A stretch of DNA of 55,728 nt, the filler included, from Catajapyx aquilonaris (taxonomy: Eukaryota): NCBI GenBank assembly GCA_000934665.2. It is 4 parts of 4 records of this genome, joined end to end, with 100 filler letters (N's around TTAATTAATTAA, not from the genome) between each part and the next. Parts side by side here need not be neighbours in the genome. Positions count along the whole stretch, not along the records: positions 14,035 to 27,878 come from JYFJ02007972.1; positions 27,979 to 41,811 come from JYFJ02007973.1; 2 more parts are not named here. One strand, given 5' to 3'. The notes under the pieces are model-generated. The model saw nothing but the letters and a program-made list of their open reading frames with translations, was not told the origin of the DNA and did no database searches. The position numbers and the translations under genes are program-made. This document shows positions 26,200 through 37,300 of the stretch, one piece after another (position 1 is the first letter of the stretch; each line of letters opens with the position of its first letter).

Positions 26200-26360
26200 T
26201 GACCTACTCAATTCTTTGCATATTGCCAGTATATTTGCAATTTGTTGCCAGCTCTTTATTCTGAGCATCTCTTTCCTTTGACTTCTCGGTCGAGTTCAAT
26301 TGTGAACTGGTTTGCTCCAACACACCTGGAATTCTTGGACAACATCTTGTTCGCCAAGAC
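26200..26360 (-). pseudogene. Decayed exon resembling the N-terminal half of a MADF domain
   Basis: VVQEF..CW...(stop)...LRIKSWQQIANILAI followed by donor-like GT. Confidence 0.3.
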
Positions 26361-26669
26361 GGCTGGATGCCCCATCTCATGGGCTGTTGTTTCTCAAGAA
26401 GCAGCAACTCCAGAAGCCACCTCAGACTCAGTGGGTGCATACATTACCGCAGCACCACGAAATTTTCTTCCCAAATGTGGATGGCATGGAGGCGAGATCA
26501 TAATCAAATGACACAATGAATGTCCACATTTTGAATTCAGAATTGAACTCACCCACATTATGCTCCTTTGTAAGGTTCTTAGGTGCAAGTGTTTTTGGCA
26601 TCCGAGATAGGTTTTCGTCGGGATGCAACATATTTCGTAGCACTAACTGTTGGTGGTGGTAACTAGTTG

Positions 26670-27878
26670 TCAGCGTGACTGCCTGAGGAGGTACTCCACC
26701 CCGAGTGCCTCCCCCGTGTACTGCCTAAGTGGCTGGTAATTGTCATAGAGGGTTATGTTCAAATGGGCCAGAGCCAGCCGGTTGGCCACCTGCTGCAGCC
26801 TCCTGGAGACAAGGCTGGGTGGGTCCTGCCGGACAACCTTTGCTGCGGCCATGTCCCTGTTCCACTGGGACAGGCCATCCAGCAAGTAGGCCTGAAAGAG
26901 AGATTGTTAGAATCACCCAAATAGAGAGAGACCATGAGGAAGTGATTGCAACCCCCTTCTCACCTGGAAGTTGACACCACCTGCAGATGTCCCTGGAACG
27001 AACCGCACCAGATGTGCATGAAACGACTCCAGGGAAGTGGTGCCCCTGCCACACCTCAAGACAGGAAGGTGAACCGGCCTCCTCTCACTGCCCTTGTTCG
27101 CCTTCCGGACCGTGGTGTACAGGTCGGTTCCCACCGGGTCCTGCAGGCAGGCAACATGCTGCCGCTGCTCCCTCCAGATGTCCTGGACCTCCTGCCTGAG
27201 GAGGGGCACACCCAGGGTGTCCGTGGCTTGTCCAAAGCGGTCAAGCAGCTCCCCAATGGCAGCTGTGGTCCGCTCGACACCCCGGGTGCTCCTCCGGCAA
27301 TGCCTGGCCAGCTCCTTCCAGGACAGCTTCCCCGTGATGGCGGCCTTGTCCACCGCAGCCTCTGGGACCCCAGCGTCCACCAGCCTGGACACCTTGGCCG
27401 CCACCAGGTTCGCCACGTCCCACTCGAAGATGGCGCCGGACAGCTGCCGCATGAAGGCGCCGTACAGTACGGAGGGTGGGACTCGGTGGTGACACCTGCC
27501 GCTAACCTCCGCATGAAGTGCCACGAGTCCAACCTCACCTGCAACCAGAGAAGGGAGAGGCTTCCGGGCCCACTCCTCCTGGTGCAGCCTGTCCAGCTGC
27601 CTGCAGAGGGCCGTGGGGCTGTTGCCCACCGTCCGCTGCTGGAGCAGACTGACCACCGCCCGGTCGCAGGCGTAGCGGTACGTGAGTACCGCCGGGAAGC
27701 GCACAATCAGGTCCTCCGGCACCTGGGCCATGACCCTGTCGTCCCAGGCCCTCAGTGTCAGGTTGCACTGCCTGCAGCCGTAGTAGTCCCCGACCAGATA
27801 GTAAGTATCTGTCACGTCGAGGACTACTCGGATGTGGTTGTACAACCCCTTCTGCTGCAGGTCTCGTCGACACTGAGG
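26670..27878 (-). mobile_element. Degenerate intron-containing DUF6729-like putative transposase
   Basis: Motifs RVVLDVTDTYYL..DYYGCRQC, FPAVLTYRYACDRAVV, GNSPT, VRLDSWHFMRR..GVTTESHP, LRCGRGTTSLESFH, NFQ|AYLLDGL, YTGEALGVEYL. A GT-AG intron at 26963-26892 restores the frame. Has an apparent internal deletion and a frameshift, and runs off the contig end. Confidence 0.65.
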
Positions 27879-27978
27879 NNNNNNNNNNNNNNNNNNNNNN
27901 NNNNNNNNNNNNNNNNNNNNNNTTAATTAATTAANNNNNNNNNNNNNNNNNNNNNNNNNNNNNNNNNNNNNNNNNNNN
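27879..27978. other. Artificial contig linker
   Basis: N-TTAATTAATTAA-N, 100 nt. Confidence 0.95.
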
Positions 27979-28044
27979 GGAGGGCACTGTAATTATAGTC
28001 ATTTCTGACTTTCTGAAATACACCAGACCATTTCTCCTGTCCCT

Positions 28045-28195
28045 GGGCTCAGTAGAGAGTGCAATTCTGCCCCGGCATGTCGGGTGAAAAGCGGAAAAAG
28101 ACCCGGCCAAGTAGAGGTGACGGGGACGGGATTTGAACCCCGGCCTCCCGCTTGGCTGGCCAGTGGCGTAACCACCAGACCACCATGCCTCCCTG
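28045..28195 (-). mobile_element. tRNA-derived SINE fragment
   Basis: A box TGGTCTGGTGG and B box GGTTCAAATCC, followed by a non-tRNA body. Confidence 0.65.
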
Positions 28196-30459
28196 ATGTT
28201 TTTTTAAATTAATTTGTGGAATTTGTGGTAGCAATTCCTCTCAGAAGACAAAGCTAAACTGCAATTATTTTTCAAGGCCAAAACTTCATGTATGGGAATT
28301 GCTCCTTCTCTTCTTACCTCGTCCTAGCATGGTACCTCGCTATTCTAGATTTTAAAACTGAACTATAGTGCAAAGCACACTCGTTATGGGTGTACAGGTA
28401 CAGGCATTTAAAGAAAAGTCACAGCCCATTCAGCTAAAAAACTTTTTTCGGATGTCCATTTAAATGGACATTTGTGGAGTCGCTGGTCAGAACGTCACAT
28501 ATCCACGGAGACAAATTTACTGCCAGGGCGTGATTTCTGCAATAGCTACCAGGAGCCTCACATATGCTTGGACATGGTTACACAGTTGCAGTGCCAATAG
28601 AGAATGACAAGAATCAAGCTATGGGCGCTGCCATGTTGACACGCTCACTCTCCATGATTGGCCATTTGGGATATGTGTCACTATGCCCCACAGCAGTAAG
28701 AGAAAGCGTGACATTTTGCTCCACCACTCATTTTCATGCTGAAAACAAAATGGTTTCTGTGTCGCTTTGAAATACGGGAGTTTCTGTAACTATGCATTTG
28801 AAGGTGAACAATATTTTAGTACCAAAATCTCATTTTCGCCCGCGGATGGACATGTGAAGTTTTGTCCGGCGACTCTACATTTGGTCCAGGAAGAAAAGAA
28901 AATTAACAGTTCTCTACAGCAACAAAGATTGTCACAGACACATCTTTTCGTATTTCCTAATGCACATTCCTTGCGAATCCCAGGACATTCTGCATTGACG
29001 AAAATCGCACTCTAAATGTGAGTAAAAAAAATAAAGCTTTATCAGATGAGCGCCTAGATTCAGCAGCGGCACCCGCCATTTTCATAAGTGATTTAATTTT
29101 CGCGGCCAAAGACAGATATTCGACATTAGGTGGCTACACATACCGAGGCCAGATTGTAATCATGGGATACCAACAGATTACAGTTCTGTTGGCATCACTA
29201 GTGGGCGCCAAATTTTTTTCCTGATGTCGACATATGACAACATTGGAAGAAAATTCATATGTCCTACTTAAAGGTTAAATAAATCAGATATCTCAATGGT
29301 AACATTGCATGCAGAAAAATCAGGGTTACTTTGTACTTATAAGCTTGCATAAATCTCAAATAATCATAAAACATAATGTGATTCAATTTCGCACAGTGTC
29401 AGATCAATAAATGGGTAGAAGTTCAGGTAGGAATTTTGAAGCAGAAATGGTACCAGTGGTTCTTCCAATATACTAATTCTACATGTGCAATAATTAATTT
29501 ACACTTTCATCAAAGTGCCCAGTAACAAGGGTATGAAATATGACCCTCCCCCAACCAATAAGAGCCAATGCCGTGCTGTTCATGAGATAATAAAATATAA
29601 TCACATGCCCAGGGGAGCCGGAGTGGGATTGAACATATTGTCACCGGTTGGATGAACATAAAAGCCAGTGGGTAGACAGACAATCAAGTACAGTTTATTC
29701 TTCGTCAAGGTGAGTGTGTGAGGGGAAAAGGAAAAAGGTCAGGGATGGGAGATGTAGACCAAACAAGTGGCCTGGAGTGAGAGGATTCACTCCTTACTTG
29801 GGATCTAAACTTGGGTTGTATGTTATTTGCATTTCGTGATCAGCGCAATAACATTGCTTTTCAGACAACTTTGCACATCAGTGGATGGAGGAAAATAACT
29901 GGCTGAGTCACTTGCGTGAATTTTTGAATGATGATTCTTTGCCTACGTTTGGACAAGACATTACACACCATCACAACGTGTATTATTACCCAACCCAATG
30001 CAGATAACGTAAATCTACATTGCCAACGTGTTCAGTGACCTCGAATACGTATGAATACACACCCTGCACCCCTATCTCATGATTCAATTGCCAGCATGTC
30101 AAAATGTCCGCTTATTTTTTTAAAATTGCGCTCTTTTAGCTACTTCCTGTCGTCGGATTGATATTTGACCACCACCAGTGCGACAGAAACATGTGAGTTG
30201 TGGGGAAACGACACCTGGAACATGTCTGGGGCTGAAATCCGATTTTTTTTTTTAAATGTTCAAAATCCACAATTCACCCTATTTCCAAAGCTACTACGAA
30301 CCCACAGGGGTTTGGCGAACGGAACTGCGGGTCAAATCGCGTAGATGGGTCCAAGGAACAACTGTGCATAGTGGCTTGCTTGCCTGACAAAATGCGGTTT
30401 TTCCCCTTTTCTCGAGTGTACCGCTAGCACTAAAATTTGAAAGGTGGGATTGTTGACTT

Positions 30460-30801
30460 TTTTTTTTTTTTTTTTTTTAAACCCCGTGATGACCTGTTGG
30501 GTCTATAGGGGGTGGTGGATTACCACCATTGGTATTTGTTTTTTGGAGCGAGTTAAGAATAATCTTATTAGTATACTCCAAGGTAGTTAGGAGGGGATGT
30601 GCAAAGTGCATGTGCGCTGTCGTTAATTGGTCATTTTGTGAACTCCCCCGGGTGGATTAGTCTTTAGGAAATTTCCACCCGAAATGAAGCCAGAGATGGC
30701 CCAACTCTGCACGGATAAAGGTGGGAACCCCGGGTGGGGATTGAACCCGGGACCTTCATATCCGTGGGCGCACGCGTTACCGCGACGCCACTTCATCTCC
30801 C
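30460..30801 (-). mobile_element. Full-length young tRNA-derived SINE with poly(A) tail and 15-bp TSD
   Basis: A box TGGCGTCGCGG, B box GGTTCAATCC, about 20-nt A tail. Perfect TSD TGGGATTGTTGACTT at 30445-30459 and 30802-30816. Confidence 0.9.
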
Positions 30802-31147
30802 TGGGATTGTTGACTTATAACAAATAATAGGCCTGTTCCATGAAATATGCAAAGTGGGTAAAAGCATTGGCGTGGGGCCTTTATGGTCTGGTCACCGTAA
30901 CTCTGACACAGTGGGTAAAAGCAGCATGGGTCTTGGGTGCTTAGATATGGAGCTCAAGAACCAGCCAATAGGCTGCAAGAACTTAAGACTGTTCTAGCCA
31001 GTGTAGCTGGTAGAACTCAGCAATAGAAAAGCAGAAAACTATTTGGCAGCAACCTTCATTCAGAAGTACATGGTAAAGGAAAAGCACTTCAATAAGAACT
31101 CCAGCTGAAGAATGAAAGCTAAGGACTGGTCCAAAGATGCTCACATA

Positions 31148-31297
31148 AAGGGGCTTTTACATGTGAGCGATATGACGAGCGAAATCTTCGCAGAGGCTGA
31201 AATTAACAATCGACTTTCACATCAAACTATATTGGTTACTTTGGTTACTCAGCCTCGGTGAAGACTTCGCTCGTCAAATCACTCAAATGCACCTTTA
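31148..31297. mobile_element. Small Harbinger-like MITE in NSE1 intron 2
   Basis: Inverted arms TGACGAGCGAAATCTTCGCAGAGGCTGA / TCAGCCTCGGTGAAGACTTCGCTCGTCA. Confidence 0.55.
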
Positions 31298-31325
31298 AAC
31301 CTCTTTTGTTTACAAATCTACTTAC

Positions 31326-34300
31326 CCTTATCACCATATTTTCGCATAGGCAGCAGTCTACCAGAAGCCCTTCATACCGCGATTTCAGGTTTGGCTCCAT
31401 CTCAGCCAATGTCAAGACTGAGAGATGCAAGCCATGTTCATCATGGAGAAGCCACTTATCCTCAACAAGTTTCTTAATGCATGTATCGACATCGAACTGC
31501 GTCATGGTGTAATCCTCGTCACTGGAAACAGCATTCATCACATCAATGGAAGTAATTCCCCTTCCACTCCTGTACTGTTCTTCCACAATCATATCAATGA
31601 TCATCTTGTAAAGGTCACATTCTTGGGTATCGTACACTTCTTGACAGAGGACCGTCCAGTTCTTCCTCTCCGGGTGCACCAAGCAATAGTGCTCAATGCC
31701 AGTAACTTCGCACGTTGCCTCTTTAATCAACAACACCTGGAATTTTATGCGGGTGTTGATGAGGTTTATGCATCCCTGCAGTTCTTCCTTGGGGTTTACA
31801 ACTTTTACTAGAAACAAAACAGAGAAAAAATGCTGTAAATAACTTCTACTATGTATTAAACCACCCCTTACCACCATTACCAAGCCATTTGATATAATGT
31901 GACAGGTGATGGCACTAGTCTCAATTGAAAAGTGCTCTGGAATTTTGCTCAAAACTTTATACCTCCTCTATTCTTACCCTGCAGTGGAACTACCAGCCTT
32001 TCTCCCACAGCCAATCATGTACACATAAGTTCTGTCCCATACTAAAAGGTGTCGATCTTTTTAAAATGCAATATTTATGTTGTTATATTCTTAAGACATA
32101 GTACAATACGGGGAAAAAATTATATTTCTTAAAATGCGCACCCTTTGCTTTCGCTGAACTCCAGTACATTCGACTGCAGCCAATGATGTGTGGTCTTGGC
32201 TTTGTGTGCTGGTGCTGAGTCCTGCTGGAAGACCCATTTCCATTCAGCAAATAGGGTACGGTTGAGTGCTTTCACTACCCTCTCTAAGATGTCACCTTGG
32301 TAATTCACCACTGCAGTTTTCACACCTTTTTCACAAAAATGCAGTGCATATTGTGCCATTTAATAGGGCGACACGGTGGTGGAGTGGTTAGCGCTACAGC
32401 CTTCCACCTCTAAGGTCCCGAGTTCGATTCCCGGATCGGACAGAGGATACATATGTGGATAGAGTTTCGATGGGTTCTCTCCGTGTTCGTGTGGGTTTTC
32501 TCTGGGTTCTCCCATTTCCTCCCGCTATCAAAAATTCATCACAGCAAAGGCAATGATTAAAGTCGGTCAATTAAAAGATGATCCCCTAAAAAGCCCAAGG
32601 AGGCTTATCGCGGGGTATTCATTATTTTAAGGGCGATAGCCCTTAAGTAAGACCGTAGCATAGATTTCAACAATGTTTCAACAATGAATTTTTCCTACTT
32701 GTTGTTACGTTTTTTTTATTCGCCCTAACTCAAGTTCTGCTGTAGGTAGAGCTTCCAAATTTTGAACACAGATCCCCACCATCGTGACTTGATTTCCTAC
32801 CATTTACACTTTTACTTAATTCCTCTTCAAAACGCCGCAAAAAATTTAAAACCACCAAAAAATACGTCTCAATTTTTTTGCTCAATAACTATTCTGAATT
32901 CTGTTCCTTCTTCAACAGGCCGAAGATGCAGTAGGATGGTGCGGATCTATGTTCAAAATCTCACAGTTCCCACTGCTACAGGATTGGAGCTGTGATTTTT
33001 TTACCTCGTATTTTTTCTGTCATTACTTCATTTGTTCATGACGCCATCACCTAGAAACGTCAGTTGTTGTTTACCACCTCATATATTGTTGTGGGTCAAA
33101 GGTTATGCCTCTGCGCTGGGTTCGGTCCAAAGTTCGGTCGTGCTTGACGTCTTGGAACAATGGGTCGGAGAAGGCGACAGAGGAAGGCTGCAAGGAGGGC
33201 TCAGATCAAAGGATGCATTACCCATATGCAGAAAAGCGAGATTCTAGGTAGTGTCTCTAGTTCCTGCAGCCGAGTCGTACGTGACCTGTTCGAACGAGGC
33301 TCCGGAAGTGCTGTCCGTTGACTACACGCCGGCGGAGGACAAGATGAGCGACGCCGAGTCGTACTGTCGCCGTTGGGTTTTCACCCAACTTTAATGTACC
33401 TTTGTGTTTTTTGTATCGTCTGGTACAGTTCTCAATGTATATATTCCGTATATTAATATGCTGGTAGCACTCCACTTTCGTTTTTTTACGACTGTCTCTA
33501 TGAATATAATTTTAGGAACTTCTAAGCGACGAAAATCGTCTCCAATGCATTCATAGTGCAGACTGTATAGTGTAGAGCATAAGTTATGTGTACTGTCAAA
33601 AAAGAACTGAAATTAGATCAAAAACTTTCCCTTCAGTAAAAAAAAGAGAAGTAAGACCTCCGCGGCGGAATAAAAGTACTGAAACAAGGCAGGCGCACGT
33701 AAGACCTTCACCAATTGATTTAAGCTGTACCATAGGTCTTACTCAAGTGATTCTCAAGTACTTTATGGAACGCGGCTCGTAAAATAACTGCTGCAAACTA
33801 CTCAGAGCAGTAGGTAGGATTTTATTATTAAAAGAAAAAAATGGGGGGAAAAACTAAACCCATTCAAACAGACTTGGTCCAATTGAAAAAGACCCTCTAA
33901 AATTCACCAGTTAACGTTTATATGTGAAAAATTAAACGTTAGAGTTAAAATCAGCATCTAAAAGAGGTGACGTTTCTGCATGAGTGTTTCATGGCAATAA
34001 TTCGCACCAATCGTATAGAAATTCAATGTGCTTAATATTGAAGTTCCTAATTTCATAAAACACTAATATGGAGTGGCTCATGGAAAATTAATACTGCTAA
34101 CTTAGCAGTACCATTACACTACACTGGTACTGCTAAGTTAGAAGTAACAAGTAGTACGACAGAAATTCCAAAGATTTGTTTCAGAAAGGACACTTCATGA
34201 GCAGTAAATTGGAAATTGCTTGAGTAAGACCTATGGGACAGCTTAAATCAATTGGTGAAGGTCTTACGTGCGCCTGCCTTGTTTCAGTACTTTTAATCCG

Positions 34301-37300
34301 CCGCGGAGGTCTTACTTCTCTTTTTTTTACTGAAGGGAAAGTTTTTGATCTTATTATTATTATTTTGCCTTTTAATACACCATCATGGTAAACATCATGG
34401 TTGTGCTGATTGTATTTTGTGATCGGTGATCCCCTAAGTTATTAAATGAAACCTTTTTTAGCTCCCTGTGTAGTTGAGATATGCGAGGTGAAAATATGGC
34501 AACAAGCGAAAACATGCATACAGTAAAACTTCTATAAGTCAAATCTCCATGGGACTGGAAAAAAAACTTCGCGTTATAGAAGATTCGAGTTAGAGAAGTT
34601 TGGATTTTTTAAAGCACAGAACTCTATGGAAGCCTACCATTATATCCAGCGACAAAAGGTGTTCAAAACTTAAAAATTACTGTCACTATCACACTTACAA
34701 TGTTCCTCGTTGGTTTGTTGTAAAAAAATCTCCATTATGGACATTTGCCTACTCTTAGATTCAAGGATTCAATTGTCACAATTGAGTCAAACACTTCTTT
34801 CGGTACGTCTGGTAGACGGAGATCAGGAAATTGAGCCTGTCTGTACATGTGGCCTACTCTCGACTCTTCGGCTGGGAAATGAGAAAATTTTCCGTACTCG
34901 CCAACATGAACTTCGACTTAGGGAGACTGAAAATGCATTGATATCCCGTCGTAAGGCCCTGCCATCACTGTGAGTTATGGAGAACTTCGAGTTATAGAAA
35001 TTCGAGTAGGGGAAGTTTATTTCCTATTATTTTACATTGTCACCAACCAAGCTCATCATTTTCTTCGACTTAGGGAAGTTCGACTTTAGAAGTTTTACTT
35101 GCGTGGACTAGTGGTTAGCACGCTCGCCTCAGGTCCCAAGGTTGTGGGTTCGAACCCGGCCGAGGTTGGTGACTTTTCTCCGTGTGGTAGAAAAGTGAGA
35201 GTGCACCTTCCTTCGGAGGGGGAGTAAAGCCGTCGGTCCTGTGTGCTTGTGACATTGCACGAGTGCACGTTAAAGATCCCCAGAGTGGCCAAATTTCCAG
35301 GAGGAGGACCACCCCCTGGCGTCAGTGTTGAGCCTTAAGGCGCATTCACACGAGCGACCTTCGGCCAGGAAGTTTTCTCGCCAAAGATCGCCAAGCCTGT
35401 TCACACGCTAGCGGCCAGGTTCGGCCAGGAAGGGAAGGTCGCCACCCGAGCCAAGAAAAGGTGGCTGAGCTGGCCATGCTCCGGAAGATGGCTAGCCATG
35501 GTCAGCGATGGTTGCCAGGGGTAACGCATGCGCAGTAGGGGCACTCCCAAGCGCCTCCCGATGCTCACTTGTCCCCCAACAACGTCGCTCGTGTGAACTG
35601 TTACTTTCGATTCCTGGCCAGCGGCTGGCCATGTTTCTGTATTGGCCAGGAATTCCTGGCCAAGGGTCGCTCGTGTGAATGAGCCTTTAGAGGCAAAATA
35701 GGCCGACGTTAAGCCCCACTGAACTGTATTTCAAAAATTATTTTCTCAAAAAAGCCATTTTAAATATTTTATTTTTATTTTTTATTTTACATGGGCAGAC
35801 AGGTTATAAAATAAAGTAGTGTCAAAACCCGGGCTAAATGTTTTATAAGTGAGATACCAATATTTGTCAAGTAACAACTTTCGTAATTGTGCTACGATAT
35901 CCACACTTCATATAAACATTTTCTCCAAGAAGACATTTTAAATATTTCATTGTTATTTTTTAAATAACAAAGTAGCATGAGTTATATTATAAAATTATAT
36001 CAAAATTCGGTATATATTTGTATTCAGTGAGATACAAATTTATTTCAGAGCGGTGATTTTTGTTTTTATGCAACAACATGAACAGATCAAAAATTTATAT
36101 CTCTAAAACATCATTTTTAATATGCAATATTTTTTAGATTTCATAAAGGAAAGACCGGTTCTGTGATAAAATAATATCAAAACCTGGTATAGATTCTTGA
36201 TAAATGATATACAAATATATGAAAAGTGGTATTTTTTGCTTTCATTTAGTGTCTTTCAACATCCTTGCAGTTACTTCTAAAGTCATAATGAACTATAACT
36301 GTAGTGAAATTTATGTATGTTTCTTCAGTTGGAACTCTCCGTATGCTATTAGTATAGTAAATAAGTTCCCTTCCCGGCCGGCTGCAGGCCGGCAGGTGAC
36401 ACGGAGACAGGTGCTGCTGTGGTTGGCTGTGAGGTACATTAGCAGTCACAAATCTGGCCAAGAGTGAACTCAGTGTGCTGCGTAATAGCTGCGGTACACA
36501 GTCGAAAAATGTCGTTCACCATATCAGGCGCGTCCAAGGTGGACGAATGGGCAGTAATTCAGTTCCTGTGTGCAGAGGGAGCGGGACCGAAGGAGATTCA
36601 TACACGCATGAGGGCTGTGTATGTAGACACTTGCATGGCGTACTCGACAGTGAAGGACTGCGTACGCCATTTCCGCAGTGGTCGACAAGGCACGTCGGAC
36701 ATGGCACACTCAGGCCGACCTGTTACCGCCTCCAACGATGCAAGCCTGCTCAGCAATCCTGTCAATGGACAAGCGCCTTGTCGACCACTGCGGAAATGGC
36801 GTACCCAGTCCTTCACTGTCGAGTACGCCCCGCAAGTGTCTCCATACACAGCCCTCATGCGTGTATGAATCTCCTTCGGTCCCGCTCCCTCTGCACACAG
36901 GAACTGAATTACTGCCCGTTCGTCCACCTTGGACGCGCCTGATATGGTGAATGACATTTTTCGACTGTGTACCGCAGCTATTACACAGCACACCGAGTTC
37001 ACTCTTGGCCAGATTGGTGACTGCTAATGTACCTCACAGCCAACCACAGCAGCACCTGTCTCCGTGTCACCTGCCGGCCTCCAGCCGGCCGGGACGGGAG
37101 CTTATTGACTATACCTAATATAATATCATAGACTTGGTTACTTCGCTGAAAATTGGACAGTCCTACTCCCAAATGAAATCCCAAGTTATCACTGGCAAAA
37201 AAAAAGCAGATTTCAATTTTTACATGTGTGACTTATTGGGGAAGCAGTATTCATACTTTTGCAGTGGTTAGCGATTACACAGCGCAAAAAAAAAAAAAAA

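Larger units (their letters stand above)
34521..35726 (+). mobile_element. pogo/Tigger-like MITE (TA TSD) with right TIR interrupted by a SINE
   Basis: TA|CAGTAAAACTTC ... GAAGTTTTACT[SINE]CTG|TA. Removing it restores GCATATTTCAAAAAT as seen in the opposite arm of the outer element. Confidence 0.8.

Noticed and set aside
26946..27926. 326-aa plus-strand ORF (and 52410-53204)
   Set aside because: Antisense shadows of GC-rich coding sequence on the minus strand.
31808..31952. N-terminus MSKIPEHF... of the ORF-track NSE1 protein
   Set aside because: Intron read-through upstream of the acceptor at 31808; a better exon 1 exists at 40194-40080.
33100..33395. Nested plus-strand gene or promoter (CCGGAAGTG, basic peptide MGRRRRQRKAARR)
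   Set aside because: Short frames with no recognisable homology; insufficient support.
35100..35175. Genuine tRNA genes at SINE heads (also 28120-28195, 30725-30801, 32366-32440, 47200-47265)
   Set aside because: A and B boxes are present, but no convincing cloverleaf is seen, and most continue into recognisable SINE bodies or tails.
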